Shown: positions 26,205 to 46,251 of the stretch, piece by piece | How the letters are laid out: each line of letters opens with the position of its first letter | Position numbering within the stretch: the first letter of the stretch is position 1 | Assembly: GCA_963693365.1 (NCBI GenBank) | Contig: CAVNZM010000012.1 | Span: forward strand, 2,480,001-2,544,000 | DNA length: 64,000 nucleotides | DNA from: Amoebidium appalachense | Lineage: Eukaryota; Protista; Ichthyosporea | Reading direction: 5' to 3' | Position numbers and translations under genes: made by a program | The notes under the pieces: model-generated | Databases searched by the model: none | What the model was told of the DNA's origin: nothing | What the model saw: only the letters and a program-made list of their open reading frames with translations

Positions 26205-28111
26205 AGTTACTACTACCGGCCCACCCCGTTTCAAAATCAAGAATCCCTAATAATTGCTGGCCCTGTCTATCTGCTGCTATCGAGTCTCACCATGGCAACC
26301 ACTGGGTACCGTAATACACTTTGAACTGGGCTCGTGGTTGGATTGATAAGGGGTATCATATCGATATGACCGGCTCGGTTATCTACATAGGAAGACGGTT
26401 GTCTGTTTTTTGTAGTTTGGGTGCGGATTGGGCTGATTGTCTGTCTGGCCATTCGATTGCGACCCGAGTCGTTTCCGTCCGGTTGTGCAAAGAACATGAC
26501 ATTCTCCTTAAGTTCAGTGAAACCAGTAAAGTACTGGTGAGTTCCTCTGCTTGTGGAATCCCTTTTGCCCGTTGCCTTATTTTTTAATGTTAACGTTGAA
26601 GTGTGATTAAAGCTTATAGAGACTGCATTTACATAAACATAACAATGCCAATAATGCCTTCAAGTCACGATCATATGAGCATGGTCAGGCCAATCATAGC
26701 CCGTCACGGGACTCAACGTCTCCTTAAAGCAGTGGTTGGACCCATTCACACCCACGCACGGGAGGTGACCAATGCACTCAATTCCAAGATACCGTTGCGT
26801 GTGCACGCGCAGGCATGACTAATAGTACACGTACGTACGCGTCACAGTTATCTGAGTTGAGAGGTCGAGCATTTTCATAGCCATGGATCTGCTGGATCTG
26901 GTACGTTCTAACTTTGATGCATCAGTCAAAACATGCAAAACTGAGCCACCACATGTATAACTCCCCAGTTCATGGGCCGTATATGGAAACTAGAAAACCA
27001 GATTCATTTCATGGATATCACTTAGGCAAGCGCCCATCAATCCATACTATGTGGAGACTCAAGGACACATGTACACAGAAAGTCTTGAACCAATCTGAAG
27101 CTGAAACCTTTGGATGCAAACCGAGTTCTAAACTTAGGGCTAGTAGTATACACAGTGCAATATTGGGCGACGTTGTGTGACTATGCTGGTGCCTTCAGCT
27201 CGGCCATGCATATGCATGGGCCGTTAAACATTGACAACTGACAACATATAAGTGAAACGGTTACCGAGCTCGTATACGTATACGTACGAACGTACGAGCT
27301 GTCATGAACTCAAAACAAGGCACACGTCCTGACTCTCGGGCCTGACCTAGGTGATAGGGAAGGGCACGTGGGGGCACACCACCACGAGTGTGGCACCCAT
27401 AAGAAACTGAACAGCCCTCGAGTAGCGCTACATTCGGATTTTCGTTCGTGTGTGTTCAACTGTTTATGTGCAAGTGATCACAGATTCCGGCTGAACAGAT
27501 CATACATACATAAAAATGTGTGAGCCGCCAACTCATGCATGGAAATGCGCCATGAGCTTCTTATGATCGATCACTGTATAACCCATGCATCATTTGGTGT
27601 GCAGGTCTGTGCAGAAGAATATACATTTAAAATCAAGCTTTAAAAATGCTCCCTTAATTAGTTGATATTGTAGTTGTGCGTTCATGATGTACAGTACTGA
27701 GAAGTTGAACGGTTTGTTTTCAAGTTTGGCTTGAACGGCGGGAAATTCACGGCAACCAATAGATAGGCGTTTGGCTATGGCAAAATATGATTGGTTGTAC
27801 CTAAACCATATCCAACCAATCCTCGAGTTAGCCCAATCAAAATGTGATCAACAAATCTCCCTATACCCACCACTTCCGATTATCGTGAGCCACTGGGCCA
27901 AATGGGCAAGCCCGTTATTAGAGCTTCTTGTTTAATGTCAAAAAGTACACATTCTTTAGTAATAATATCACGAAATAAGAGTACAGGGTATTTAATTGCC
28001 AAACGCAATGATAAAGAAAGGCTTGTTGTCTGCCGCCTCTCCGGTCAGGGGCGTGAGGCAACGAACTTCGTGACCGAGTAACGAATGCATTCCATCCACC
28101 GGCCATCCAAG

Positions 28112-28173
28112 CCAATCAACGGGCACCACACGGTCCACACCAACATTTTTGCGGCAAGTCAAAAAATATAAAA
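28112..28173 (+). promoter_or_regulatory. Putative core promoter of the LPMO gene (CCAAT box plus TATA box)
   Basis: CCAAT at 28112-28116 and TATAAAA at 28167-28173, about 125 nt upstream of the ATG at 28299. Further CCAAT/ATTGG motifs cluster at ~27755-27840. Confidence 0.4.
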
Positions 28174-28298
28174 GCTCATGCTGACGACCTCATAGTTCAC
28201 ACTTCATCATTCGCCGGGTTGGTACATACAGCAACCAGACCGCACAGCGACATCTTACACTCACACACCCACCCATCACGTCATTGAAAATCAGAAAT

Positions 28299-30644
28299 AT
28301 GTTCGCGACGCTCGCTGCCGCTGCTGCTCTGCTTGCTGCGGGTGTGGAGGGCCACGGTTACATCAGCAACCCTGCGGCACGTAACGCTGCTGGCTACCTT
28401 GGGTTCACAGGCGTACCTATCAACTACGACCTCATGAGCCAAAATGCTGGAGGTAGGAGTCACCCTGTATCATGCTTGCACATGTTTTCTTCATAGAAGT
28501 GCCCTTTTTGTGCCCTTCACTGAAGTCTGATAACCTCGCTGGTGCTTGTTTTGTTCACCGTGCAAAACAACTTCGAAGTCAAATATGATAACAGTAACTT
28601 AAACAGATACATCTATTGATCACTATGTATGGCATGAAAAGTTGAAGTGATTCTGGTAATGTTCAGATCCTTTTTCAATAACGTAATCATAAGAAGGACT
28701 CAAAAAAAAAAGCCGCACTTTGGCATGCATATGCACGTACAGCATCGGACTTTAAACTAACCTGCCGTACTCTCATAGTGGCTTAAAGTTTGTTAACACG
28801 TGCCTTTGGATTCCATATGCATGTCCAGGCACCATGTACGTGTACAACAACGGAGGCAAGCACGGCCTGTGCGGCGACCCGTTTGACCAGTCACCTCAAG
28901 CCCACGTGAAAGGTGGCATTTACGCGACAAGCACAATCACAGGGAGCTACCGCACGGGCCAGAATATCACCATGACCATGATGGTAAGTAAGGGTTATGC
29001 ACAGACAGCAGCTGCGCATGAGCTGGCACATACGGGGAGACTTTGCTGGGTGTGATTTTTAGGATAGCCTGAATGATTCTGTTCAGGTTGGGAGTCCCTG
29101 CATCCCGTGTTGCATCATTAACATTGTGCATTATCAGAATAAATGTGGAGCAGAGGCAGGATTCGGTCCTGTGACCTCTGTAAGAGACATTCACTTCTAC
29201 ATAGCGGATCGAGAGTAGAGGAGAGGTTCGCAGGAAGTGGTTTGATAGTCCGGCTGCATTATATACCTGAGCGGATGCCAGTCCACGAATACATCGTCCA
29301 ATAGGATTACAGATAGTCTCTCAGGATAGATTGGGATTATGTACTAGCCAATAGGAAGACAGTTATGGTTCCTGGCGTATGCGGGCCCAGGCGGTCCCCA
29401 AGTACGCGGGGACGGGATAGGCGGGAACAGGCTAAGTACGTGACTGGGAAGAGCAGGAATAAACAGATAGACTATTCTATCATAACACGCATGCATGCAA
29501 GACCTATTCGATCTGTGCCGCGGCCATGGCGTTTCTCCCCCCCCCCCCCCCCCCCCCTTCCCCCTCCCCCCCCACCCCCCCCCTCCCTCCCCCCCCCCCC
29601 CCCCCCCCCCCCGGCCCTTTTTTCCCTCTCTTTTCTTTCCCCATCTTCCGTTTCGAAAGTAAATTTACAAAAGTTGGTACCGGTCCCATACAGATCACTG
29701 CCCACCATAAGGGTGCCAGTTACTTCAAGCTTTGCCCTCTCTCTGACCCCGTCAATGGGGAGGTGACCCAAGCATGTCTCGATCAGCATCCACTTCAGCG
29801 CGCGGACGGTGGTGGAGAATCCACCCTACTTCCCGCCCCACTAAGCGTCACAGGCCAAGCTAGTTGCTCATCTTCCGACCCCTGCAAGTACACCGTCACG
29901 TATGGTCTTCCCGCTGGCGTGGAGTGCCAGAGATGTGTGCTGCAGTGGTGGTGGCTGACGGCAAACAACCCCAGTCCACCTTTTGAACAGGTGAGTGATT
30001 GCAGTGTTGTTGTCATTGAAAGGACTACATCAGTTTCAGTCTTTTCAGATGAAACATTTAGTGAAAGAATGCCGTGGTACGTACTGGTTGGCAGCAAATA
30101 ATTAAAGAAAAGAGAGGTCCACGGGCCCTGTACTACATCAGGTTATCGTTCAACACACCAACTCTGGGGCTTTCGGGGACCCATAAATATTGCACCACAC
30201 TGTGAGCTCAATATTCAACTTCGCAATTAACTTCGACATATTGCACACACTATCAATTGCAACACTCAATATTCTGGAAAATTCGGCTGAACCTACCTTC
30301 CCCGACAGTTCTGGAACTGCATGGACATCAGCATTTCCGACAACCCCACCACCATCATCACCAGTGCCGCCGCCACCAACACATCGCAGGCTTCTCCCAC
30401 CACCACCACCACCACCACCCAAGCCCCGCCTCCCACCACCACTACCACTACTAAACCACCCACCACCACAACCACCAACACGACTCCTAAGCCAACCACT
30501 ACCACCACCACCACCACCACCACCACCACTGCCTCGACCAAGAAGTGCTACAGTACGTCTGGCTCTCAGTTTGATGACTTCTGCAACACAGGAAACAACT
30601 GCCAACTGTATTCCTTCTGCAAGCCTTTTGTTGCTGCTAGTTGA
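28299..30644 (+). CDS. Secreted copper-dependent lytic polysaccharide monooxygenase (AA15-like, LPMO_10 fold) with a Thr-rich linker and a C-terminal Cys-rich module
   Basis: Exons 28299-28452, 28829-28983, 29694-29990 and 30309-30644, all GT-AG and in phase. The signal peptide MFATLAAAAALLAAGVEG is followed by His1 (HGYISNPAARN), then GLCGDPF, ITAHHKG (second brace His), FKLCP, CQRCVLQWWWLTANN and EQFWNCMDISI (axial Phe). A poly-Thr/Pro linker leads to KKCYSTSGSQFDDFCNTGNNCQLYSFCKPFVAAS*. Confidence 0.93.
29019..29487 (-). mobile_element. Putative solo LTR (469 bp) in LPMO intron 2
   Basis: TG...CA ends (the minus strand begins TGTTATGATAG), flanked by the 4-bp direct repeat CGCA at 29015-29018 and 29488-29491. 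It has a minus-strand TATATAA near 29259-29265, CCAAT motifs, and none of the simple repeats typical of host introns. Confidence 0.5.
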
Positions 30645-31151
30645 AGAAGACGAATATGAATACTTATAATTGTTGATATGAGACATTCTCAAACCGTGAT
30701 CGCGGTTTCCGTGCCGTGTTTTTTTTTTTTTTTTTTTTGTAGCCCGAGTCTCAGAGTTATACATATTTGATGCCATTGATACTCCGGTGGACCTGTAGTT
30801 GTTGAGTGCCGTTGAATCACGCCTCACGTGAGCAGAACGAGGCGTAGAATCTGTACATGTGGATCGAAAAACGATACACGACACGGGCAAGGTATTTTTA
30901 TGACCTTTTTTAGTCGTAGCTGTTAAAAGTTCTTCAGATGATGTGAGTGTCCGCTAGAGCCGAAGTCACGGAGAACAAGCCGTGCGCAGTGTAAGATTGC
31001 AGTCTTGAGTGAGCAAACGAGGAATAAAACTACAGGGGGTGACTGACATTCAGATCATGGGTACTTTGAAAATAGGGACTAATTATCTTAATTTTTCAGG
31101 GACCATAGCCTAAATGATCCTTGGGGTGGGTTGTGTCCGCACAGGGGGGAA

Positions 31152-31202
<51 letters not shown>

Positions 31203-31427
31203 TTCTATTCTTATGAAAAAGGCCGACTATACTAATATAGCTTATTTAAAAGGGCAGTCATCTCAAACAAGACTTCGAACACTGATCTTACACGCAAAAA
31301 AGTCGAATCAATGCTCTTTCTGGCAGCTGGCTGCACATATATATCTTTCAAACCGCATATGTGTGCACACAAGGCGCACTTGCTAACGCGCGTGCGCGCG
31401 CGCGTGTGTTTGTGTGTGTGGCATGGG

Positions 31428-31428
<1 letters not shown>

Positions 31429-31516
<88 letters not shown>
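31429..31516. repeat. Poly-G homopolymer (~88 nt), the longest of very many poly-G/poly-C tracts in the window
   Basis: Read directly from the sequence. Similar tracts occur at ~26137-26202 (C), 37692-37755 (G) and 47881-47958 (C). Exact lengths may be unreliable. Confidence 0.9.
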
Positions 31517-31517
<1 letters not shown>

Positions 31518-31775
31518 GGCGTGTGTGTGTGTGTGTGTGCGTGTGTGTGCATGTGGAGGGTTGGTGTGTGTATGTGTTTGTGTATGCGCACGCGCACGTG
31601 CTGCATGTATTTGTATGTATTATGATGTATGGATGTGTTTGTGTATGAATTTAGTCGATGTGTATGCACACGTCCACACGTGCGCGTGCACGAATGCGTT
31701 CGTGTGTGTCTGGGCATGCCGCAAGTTGCGCGACGGCGCGTGGTGCGTGAGTATGATGCCATATGTACATCTCTC

Positions 31776-31854
<79 letters not shown>

Positions 31855-32516
31855 TCTCTCTCTCCCCCTCTCCCTCTCTCTCTCTCTCTCTCCCCCCCCC
31901 CCCTCCCTCTCTCTATCTCTCTCTCTGTCTGTCTTGATATATCTCTCTCTCCCTCCCCCCTCTCCCTCCCCCCCCCCCCCCCCCCCCCCCACCTTCCTCT
32001 CTCTCGCTGTGCATGTGTGTTGTGTGTGCGTGCGTGCAAGCGTGCGCCGTTTGCGCGTGCGCACATGTGTGTGTGTGTGTTTTGTGTGTTTGCATGTGCT
32101 TCTGCATTCGGATACTATGTGTGTGCATCACCTTGAGAATATATGTCACGGCCACATCGATCAGTTTCGTCCGTGAGTTGCGCTAAGAGCCTTAAGACTT
32201 TTGACTCTCGATTGCATCGGAAAGCTAGTGGTAAATATTGAAAACCCTCCACCCCCTCCCTGTGGCTCCCGCATTTATTCTTTTTTTTTTTTTTTTTTTT
32301 GGGGGGGGGGGGTTGGGGGAGGGGGGGGGATCCGGAGGAGCGGGGGGGAGGCTTGAGGGATGAGGGACAAGGGCTAGTTTTATAGGCCGGACACATGTAG
32401 CCTTACCTTCAAAGATGGATACAAACTGTTGCTAATACCGATATCTGTGTCCAACATATGTAATAGTGACCAAAATCAGTCATTGGTGGGCTCGTGGATG
32501 CCTCCCTTGGGGTCCT

Positions 32517-32554
<38 letters not shown>

Positions 32555-34207
32555 GAGGGGGGGGGGGGGTGTGTGTGTGTGTATGGGGGGCGCTCGGGGG
32601 GGGGGGGGGGGGGGGAGAGGGGGGGTGTAGGGGAGGCTCCTTCCCCGATATGGGTGGCGCCCCCTCCCCCCCCTCCCCCCCCTCCCCCCTCCCCCCCCCA
32701 CACACACCCCTTCAAACAGTTGGTGGGTCACTGAATATCCCCCACCATCCTTCAACACCCTCCCACCCCAACCCCAATTGGAACACTCAGTTAGAGGTGA
32801 AGACAACCAGGGTGGTGAGAGGGTTTAGCGTTAGCAATCATTATCCTTCTCATAAGCCGACAATTTCATTGTCTCTATATATTAACCCGCCTCCAGGTTC
32901 TGTATAACATCCCCCCTCCCCCCCCCCCCCCCCCACCACCACCATCACCAATGATCTTAAATATCCACCAGGTTTGGTAGACCCTATTATCTTATTTTTT
33001 GAAAAAAAAAATAGCACTATTTATCTTAATTTCAAATATCTTAATTTTAGTCACCCCCTGTATGACACGTAACACACTGTTTATTAACCCTTCCCCACAC
33101 CCTGCCCCCTCACCACACACACACACACGCGCGCGCGCGCACGCGCACGCACACACGTACACACACCGTGACACACACTATAACCACCACGCGCACGCAC
33201 CCGCACCCGCACATGTGCACACACACGCACATGCACACACGGGTACGCGCGTGCGCACACACACACATACACGCACACACACACACAAACACACCTTCCT
33301 ATTCCATGACCTCCCTGCTTTTGATACAAACACAAACACAATGCAAACAGAGCCTTCCCCCACATATAATCTCGTTCGCAACTAAACTCTACACTCCCTA
33401 TGGTAACCAACCAACCAAGCCGTTATAGAGAAAAAGGATTACAAGGACAGGTACAGCATAGTATGGCAACAGGCATGCCCTACATTTTGCGATATTCATC
33501 AAGAGGCCTTCCCGCGACTTCAAGTCATGCATGTTGGCTTTGACCCGTGCTGCCCAGTTTCAGCACTGTGATCATGTCTGCCTGTGTGTGCTTGCGTGTG
33601 TGTATGCATGCGTGTGTGCATTTGTGTGTGCGTTCGTGCATGCTTGCGCCCGGCGTGTGTGCGCGCGCCCACAGACACCCTCATCTTTGAGGAGGCCCCC
33701 CTTCCCCGAGGGGGGGGAGGGGGAGGAGGAGGAGAAAGTTTTAGTTTGCTTGGATCGTACGAACGTGAAGCCAGAGCACATTTTCAGTTTGTGAAGATAT
33801 TAATATTGCAAGGAGATGCAGTAGACAAGAGTAACGGAGCAGCACGCGTGTGGGAGCTGAGTGGCCATCGATTTGACCCTCTGAGACAAAACACAAGAAT
33901 TATTCTACAAGTGTGTGTGTGTGGGGTGTGCGTGGCCGGGGGGTTGGAAGGGGGGGGGGGGGGGGGGGGGGGGGGGAGCGGGTCGGTGAAAAGATGTGAC
34001 TGTGTGTGTTCGCTCTGCAGGGACGGAAGTGTGTGTATATGGCTGTGTCTGTGTGTGTGTGTGTGTGTGGGGGGGGGGGGGTTCGAATACATCGACAGTT
34101 AGCCTGACACAGATTTTGAAAAATCTAGAACACAACGCCCGTAGTGCCAGTATGTTATCGGTAGAGCCCATCCACAGAATTTATTTTCAAAGGGGTTTAC
34201 CAGAGAA

Positions 34208-34240
<33 letters not shown>

Positions 34241-34561
34241 TATTGTCAACCACAGCCCCTCGGGAAGGGGGGGGGGGGAGGGGGGGGGGGGGGGGAGGCG
34301 GAGAATAAGAAACTGGAGAAGTGAGTATGCGGGAAATCTAAGAGCCTAATGGATCTACCGAAAGAATGCCACATGAAAAACAAAGGCAGGTGCAACACAC
34401 ATGTACACGTAACATGTGTGCCTACACACGTGGGTCACCGCTTATGTGCATGTATGTTTTGGATCTGTGTGGACCTGTGCGTGTGGATTGAGATGAAGTT
34501 GGAGCACGGAGGGTGTGTGTGTGTGGGCGTGTGTGTGTTTGCACTCCTCTCTCCCTCTTCC

Positions 34562-34598
<37 letters not shown>

Positions 34599-34960
34599 TG
34601 TGCATGTGTGCGAGTGTGAATGAGAGAGAGAGAGTATGTACACTTGTGTTGGAAACGGGGAGGGGGGGGGGGGGGGGGGGGGGGAGGGTTGGGAAAGGCA
34701 AGAAAAAGGGACGAACAAGGTTAAAATAATGAAGGGAAGGCCCGGGCAGCTTGTATGTACAGAGCAACCCACCCTTTATTTCGTCATTCGTTCTGAATGC
34801 CGTAAAACTATTATCAAGACTCTTTCAGTACCTACGAACGAGGAAGGGAGACGGGGGGGGGGGGGGGGGGGGGGAGGGGGAGGAGAAGAGAGAGAGCGAG
34901 AGAGGGAGGGGGATAGAGGGAGGGAGGGAGGGAGAGGGAGAGAGAGCGAGGAAAGGTGTC

Positions 34961-35013
<53 letters not shown>

Positions 35014-35187
35014 GTGAGGCGGGGGGGGGGGAGAGAGAAAGAGAGAGAGAAGGAAAAAGAAAGAGTGAGGGAAAGAGCGAGTGAGTAAGGGAGAGAGGGA
35101 GGTGGGGGGGAGGGATAAAGGCGAAGAAGAAGGGACTAAGGAGGAAAGGAGAGGGAAGGAGAGCGAGGAAGCTGGGGGGGGCGGGGA

Positions 35188-35253
<66 letters not shown>

Positions 35254-35320
35254 AGTGAGAGAGACTGTGTATCTGTATGTGTGTGCGTCTGTGTTTATGT
35301 GTGTGTGTGTGTGTGTGTGC

Positions 35321-35890
35321 CTAAAGCTTCTCCTTATTTGCTGCTTGCTTCTGCGCTCGTCCCCAAGCAGTCACAGCAACCCTCAACACCCTAAAACCAA
35401 TCATCAGCAATATCGCACCCAACAACACATACAACCTATTTTGTCTCCTGTATGGCGTCTCAATATCCCTCTCCCAATCCTGTGGCAGATCAAACATTGG
35501 CACAGCCCTCCCATAGAGCCTGCTCTTCCTTCCTCTTGCCATGTATCGAGAAAAATTCTCATCGCTCTCCTCTTCCCCCTCTGTGAAAACTAGTTCATCA
35601 GAACTCAAGTCAGAGTCCGAAGATGTCTCCATATCTCTTTGTCGCATCTCTTTCCTCCTTCTTGCTCCAGCAAAGGTATATAAACCCCTTTTCAATCCTT
35701 GCCCAGGAGATCTATAGTCATCAAGTAGTTCGTGTGTGTGGTCGTTGTTGTCGGTAAGAAAACTGGAGCGGGTGATGTCTTCATCACTGCTGGAATCATG
35801 TGATTGCTCAGTCATTAAGGCTTGACTGCTTCTTGAAGAGGGCTTTGGCTCTTCCCGTAGAGGCCCGACATTCTTGCGACGACGAAGCAT
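35321..35890 (-). CDS. Hypothetical acidic, Ser-rich protein with one C-terminal hydrophobic segment (tail-anchored or type II membrane protein); may have further 3' exons
   Basis: 189-aa ATG-initiated ORF in repeat-free sequence. It has acidic patches (SSSDED, SSDSDLSSDELVFTEGEEESDE) and a TM-like segment LYVLLGAILLMIGFRVLRVAVTAW. No family was recognised. Confidence 0.65.
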   Translation of the reverse strand: MLRRRKNVGPLREEPKPSSRSSQALMTEQSHDSSSDEDITRSSFLTDNNDHTHELLDDYRSPGQGLKRGLYTFAGARRRKEMRQRDMETSSDSDLSSDELVFTEGEEESDENFSRYMARGRKSRLYGRAVPMFDLPQDWERDIETPYRRQNRLYVLLGAILLMIGFRVLRVAVTAWGRAQKQAANKEKL

Positions 35891-36983
35891 GTTTGTGTAA
35901 GGTAAGCCTTAATGAAGTCGAAGTTGTGGAATACCTCGAGAGAAATCTCTTTTGATGGATGGTCAAACAAAAAACTGGTTGCTTTGTTTCATGCAAACAG
36001 CAGGCTAGTGTTCATGTTATTGCTGTTGCAAGCGCGGAAAGAAGGGTGCCTTTCTTGAGCGGGCTCATATATGTAGCACAAGACTCGGTGCATGGTCATA
36101 GTGAAGCAAGTCATTGAGGCGGAGACTTAGAAGGCATGCAAAGGACGAGTGTGCCTGCAGGTAGATGTAAATAACTTGAACTTCCCGGCCCGGGATGCAA
36201 CAACAACGCTGTCGTGACAGTGTACTGCATTGACCTGTCTCGACCACGGCTGTGAGCGGTGAGCCTCGATGCAAATCACGTAATCTTTTGGTTTTGCGTA
36301 AATTTGTTGACGGCGAGTCGGCGACTACAATACGTACTCTGTCACCTGCCACTGCCAGAACGCATTCGTGCGGGCCGGCCTCGGACTGGCCTTTCCCCCC
36401 CCAACACCACCACCACCACACCACGTATGCGCTTGCACATACACACCAAGTCGACACTACCAGGCCCTCCACACCAGGATTCACACACATACGTATACAG
36501 TGAGAAGAACGTCTTCACACTTGTCACGATGATATATAACTGGCAGTGTTTTTTCAGGCCCCTTTTCTTCTTTTTTCTGCGGGAACCAGCCCGGCAGCTT
36601 CGACATTCCAATTGGTGCACACCACTAATGCCTCGAGCAGACAACATGAAGCCAAGGGGATTTACGCCGTCTACTTGAAACACAGAGAACAAACCCAAGT
36701 GTTACAGAATGTTATGTTCGACGTCATTTCAAATGGGTCTGGTTGACTTCATCAAGGAGTGAGTGAATGTGTGTCTCTGGAATTGGTTGCTAATATTTCC
36801 TAACGTAAGTTCTGTAGCTGTGTTGTTATTCCATATTTGCATATAAATTTGCGCATGCCCCAAAGACATACTACAGTATGCCGAACAATTTCAATCAGAA
36901 TCGCTGTATCTTAAGAAAAAAAAACAGTAATAACCACACTCTCAAAGGTGCAAGCATGCATACAGGTCAATTTTCATCGGGTA

Positions 36984-37029
<46 letters not shown>

Positions 37030-37197
37030 TAACCGCTACCAGCACAAAGAATTACAACACCCCCCCCCCCTACACACACACACACACAACACAAACACAT
37101 GCACGCACACACACACACACACACGCACACACGCACACACACACATACACACACACACACCCCCAACCACCCACACCCACCAAGTGCTATACCTACC

Positions 37198-44399
<7,202 letters not shown>

Positions 44400-45299
44400 T
44401 TTTCCCCTATTGACTCTCAAGCTGCTAAAAACGTGTACCACCTAACCCGGTATCGTATTCCTAAGTGTAGCCGCTCTTACCGCGACTTCATTTCCTCATC
44501 AGGCAGCAAAATAATATAATTTCCACTGGTTTCGTGCGTTTTCTCAAGAAAGCTCTATCACTGCCATTGTGTTAACCCTGCACATGCATACAGATAATCA
44601 TACAGATAATCAAAGAGGCATCCTGTGAACTCTTTCAGAAAAACGTCAAGACGATATGTTTCATGCGTGACGGGGGATGCCGTCATCAGTCATATGGTCC
44701 TCGATTATGTCCACCAAAAAATACTACAGAGGAAAAGGCACTATCGAGGAAAATCGGGGGGGGGGGGGGGGGAGGGGGGAGGGGGGGGGACGGGGAGGGG
44801 GGGAGGAGGGGGGCGGAGGGGGGGGATGGGACGGGGGGTGGGGAACAGGAGAGGAGGGGGAGAGCAAGAGGAGGAGAGGAGGAGAAAGCAAGGAAAAGGG
44901 GGGAAAGGGGGGGGGGAAGGGAGGGGAAGGGGGGGAATTCGAAAGGAGGGAAGGAGAAGGGGGGAAGGGGAGAGGGAGGGGGGAGGGGGGAGGGGGGGGA
45001 GGGAGGGGAGGAAGGGAGGGAGGGAAATAAACCAACATGTTGTAAAGTTTACTTAGGCGAAGGATCGAGAGCGAAATAATTTCAAGTGCCAGGGTTATTG
45101 CACTTTATAATCGCCTTGTATATAGGTAGCCTAAAAGCTCAGTACAGCTAATAAACTCTAATGCCTACATATGGTCTATAATGACCATTTTTTCCGTTTT
45201 CAGTTACATGCTCTTTTATTTCACACGAAGGAGTATTAAATTTGACACGGGAAGGGAGCTACTCACATAGCCAGCCAACTTTCGTTTATTAAAGTTCTA

Positions 45300-45332
<33 letters not shown>

Positions 45333-45691
45333 ATTTTTGCTCCCTCTCTAGGTCCCGTCCAATTCAAAAAAACACTCAAGTTTCCAGTTCGCCCCTGTTA
45401 TATGCCCTGTCTTTTCACAAGACCTCTCTCCCGTCCCTTTCAGTGGGCCGGAACCACTTGATAATCTTCGCATCATCTGGCAGTCTATCTTCTGTCTAGG
45501 AACCCGGCCTCCCCCCCGCTCCCCCCCCCCCCCCCCCCCCCTCCCCCCAACCCCCCACTCCACCCCTACCACCCTAACTAAGGCCCCAAAAAATCAACAT
45601 TCCTATGCCCCCACGTTCTCACAGCTCCCATTGACCCCTCAACACACACACACACACACACACACTCTCTCTCTCTCTCTCTCTCCCTCCC

Positions 45692-45732
<41 letters not shown>

Positions 45733-45776
45733 CCCCTCCCCCCCCCCCTCCCCCCCCTCCCCCCCCCCCCCCCAAC

Positions 45777-46251
45777 AAGGGCCCAACCACATCGGCAGAG
45801 TCAATTTGCTCCGAGCAGAGTTATTCTGCTAAAAGCTTAATTATTCTGCTAAAAGCAGAACGGTTCTGCAAATCAGAATCACTCTAGCAAAAAGCAGAAC
45901 TATTCTGCTTTTAGCAGAATCAATCTGCTTTTAGCAGAACTATTCTGCCTTTAGCAGAATTCTTTTTGCAAAAAGCAGAATTATTCTGCTACCGGCAGCA
46001 GAATAAACTTGTTTCAAGCAGAATAACTCCACTTTAGCAGAATATAATGCTGCTTTTAGCAGAATAATTCTGCAGTTTGCAGAATAATTCAGCTTTTGCA
46101 GAATAATTCTGCATTTTAGCAGAATGGTTTAAGCTTTCAGCAGAACAATTCTGCTTTTTGCAGAATAATTCTGCTTTTGCAGAATAATTCTGCTTTTGCA
46201 GAATAGTTCTGCTGGGAGCAAGTTGACTCTGCCTATGTGATTGCCCCCCTT
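45777..46251. mobile_element. Foldback/MITE element with ~50-bp TIRs enclosing tandem ~19-20 bp palindromic units
   Basis: The left end AAGGGCCCAACCACATCGGCAGAGTCAATTTGCTCCGAGCAGA matches the reverse complement of the right end, AAGGGGGCAATCACATAGGCAGAGTCAACTTGCTCCCAGCAGA. The interior is about 20 degenerate copies of GCAGAATAATTCTGC(TTTT/AAAA). Confidence 0.8.

Noticed and set aside
30150-30890. 246-aa minus-strand ORF
   Set aside because: It is largely antisense to the last LPMO exon (the ACC repeat linker) and has no independent coding signal.
45820-46212. CRISPR-like array of short palindromic repeats
   Set aside because: The units are adjacent with no unique spacers, are enclosed by TIRs, have no cas genes nearby, and the context is eukaryotic.
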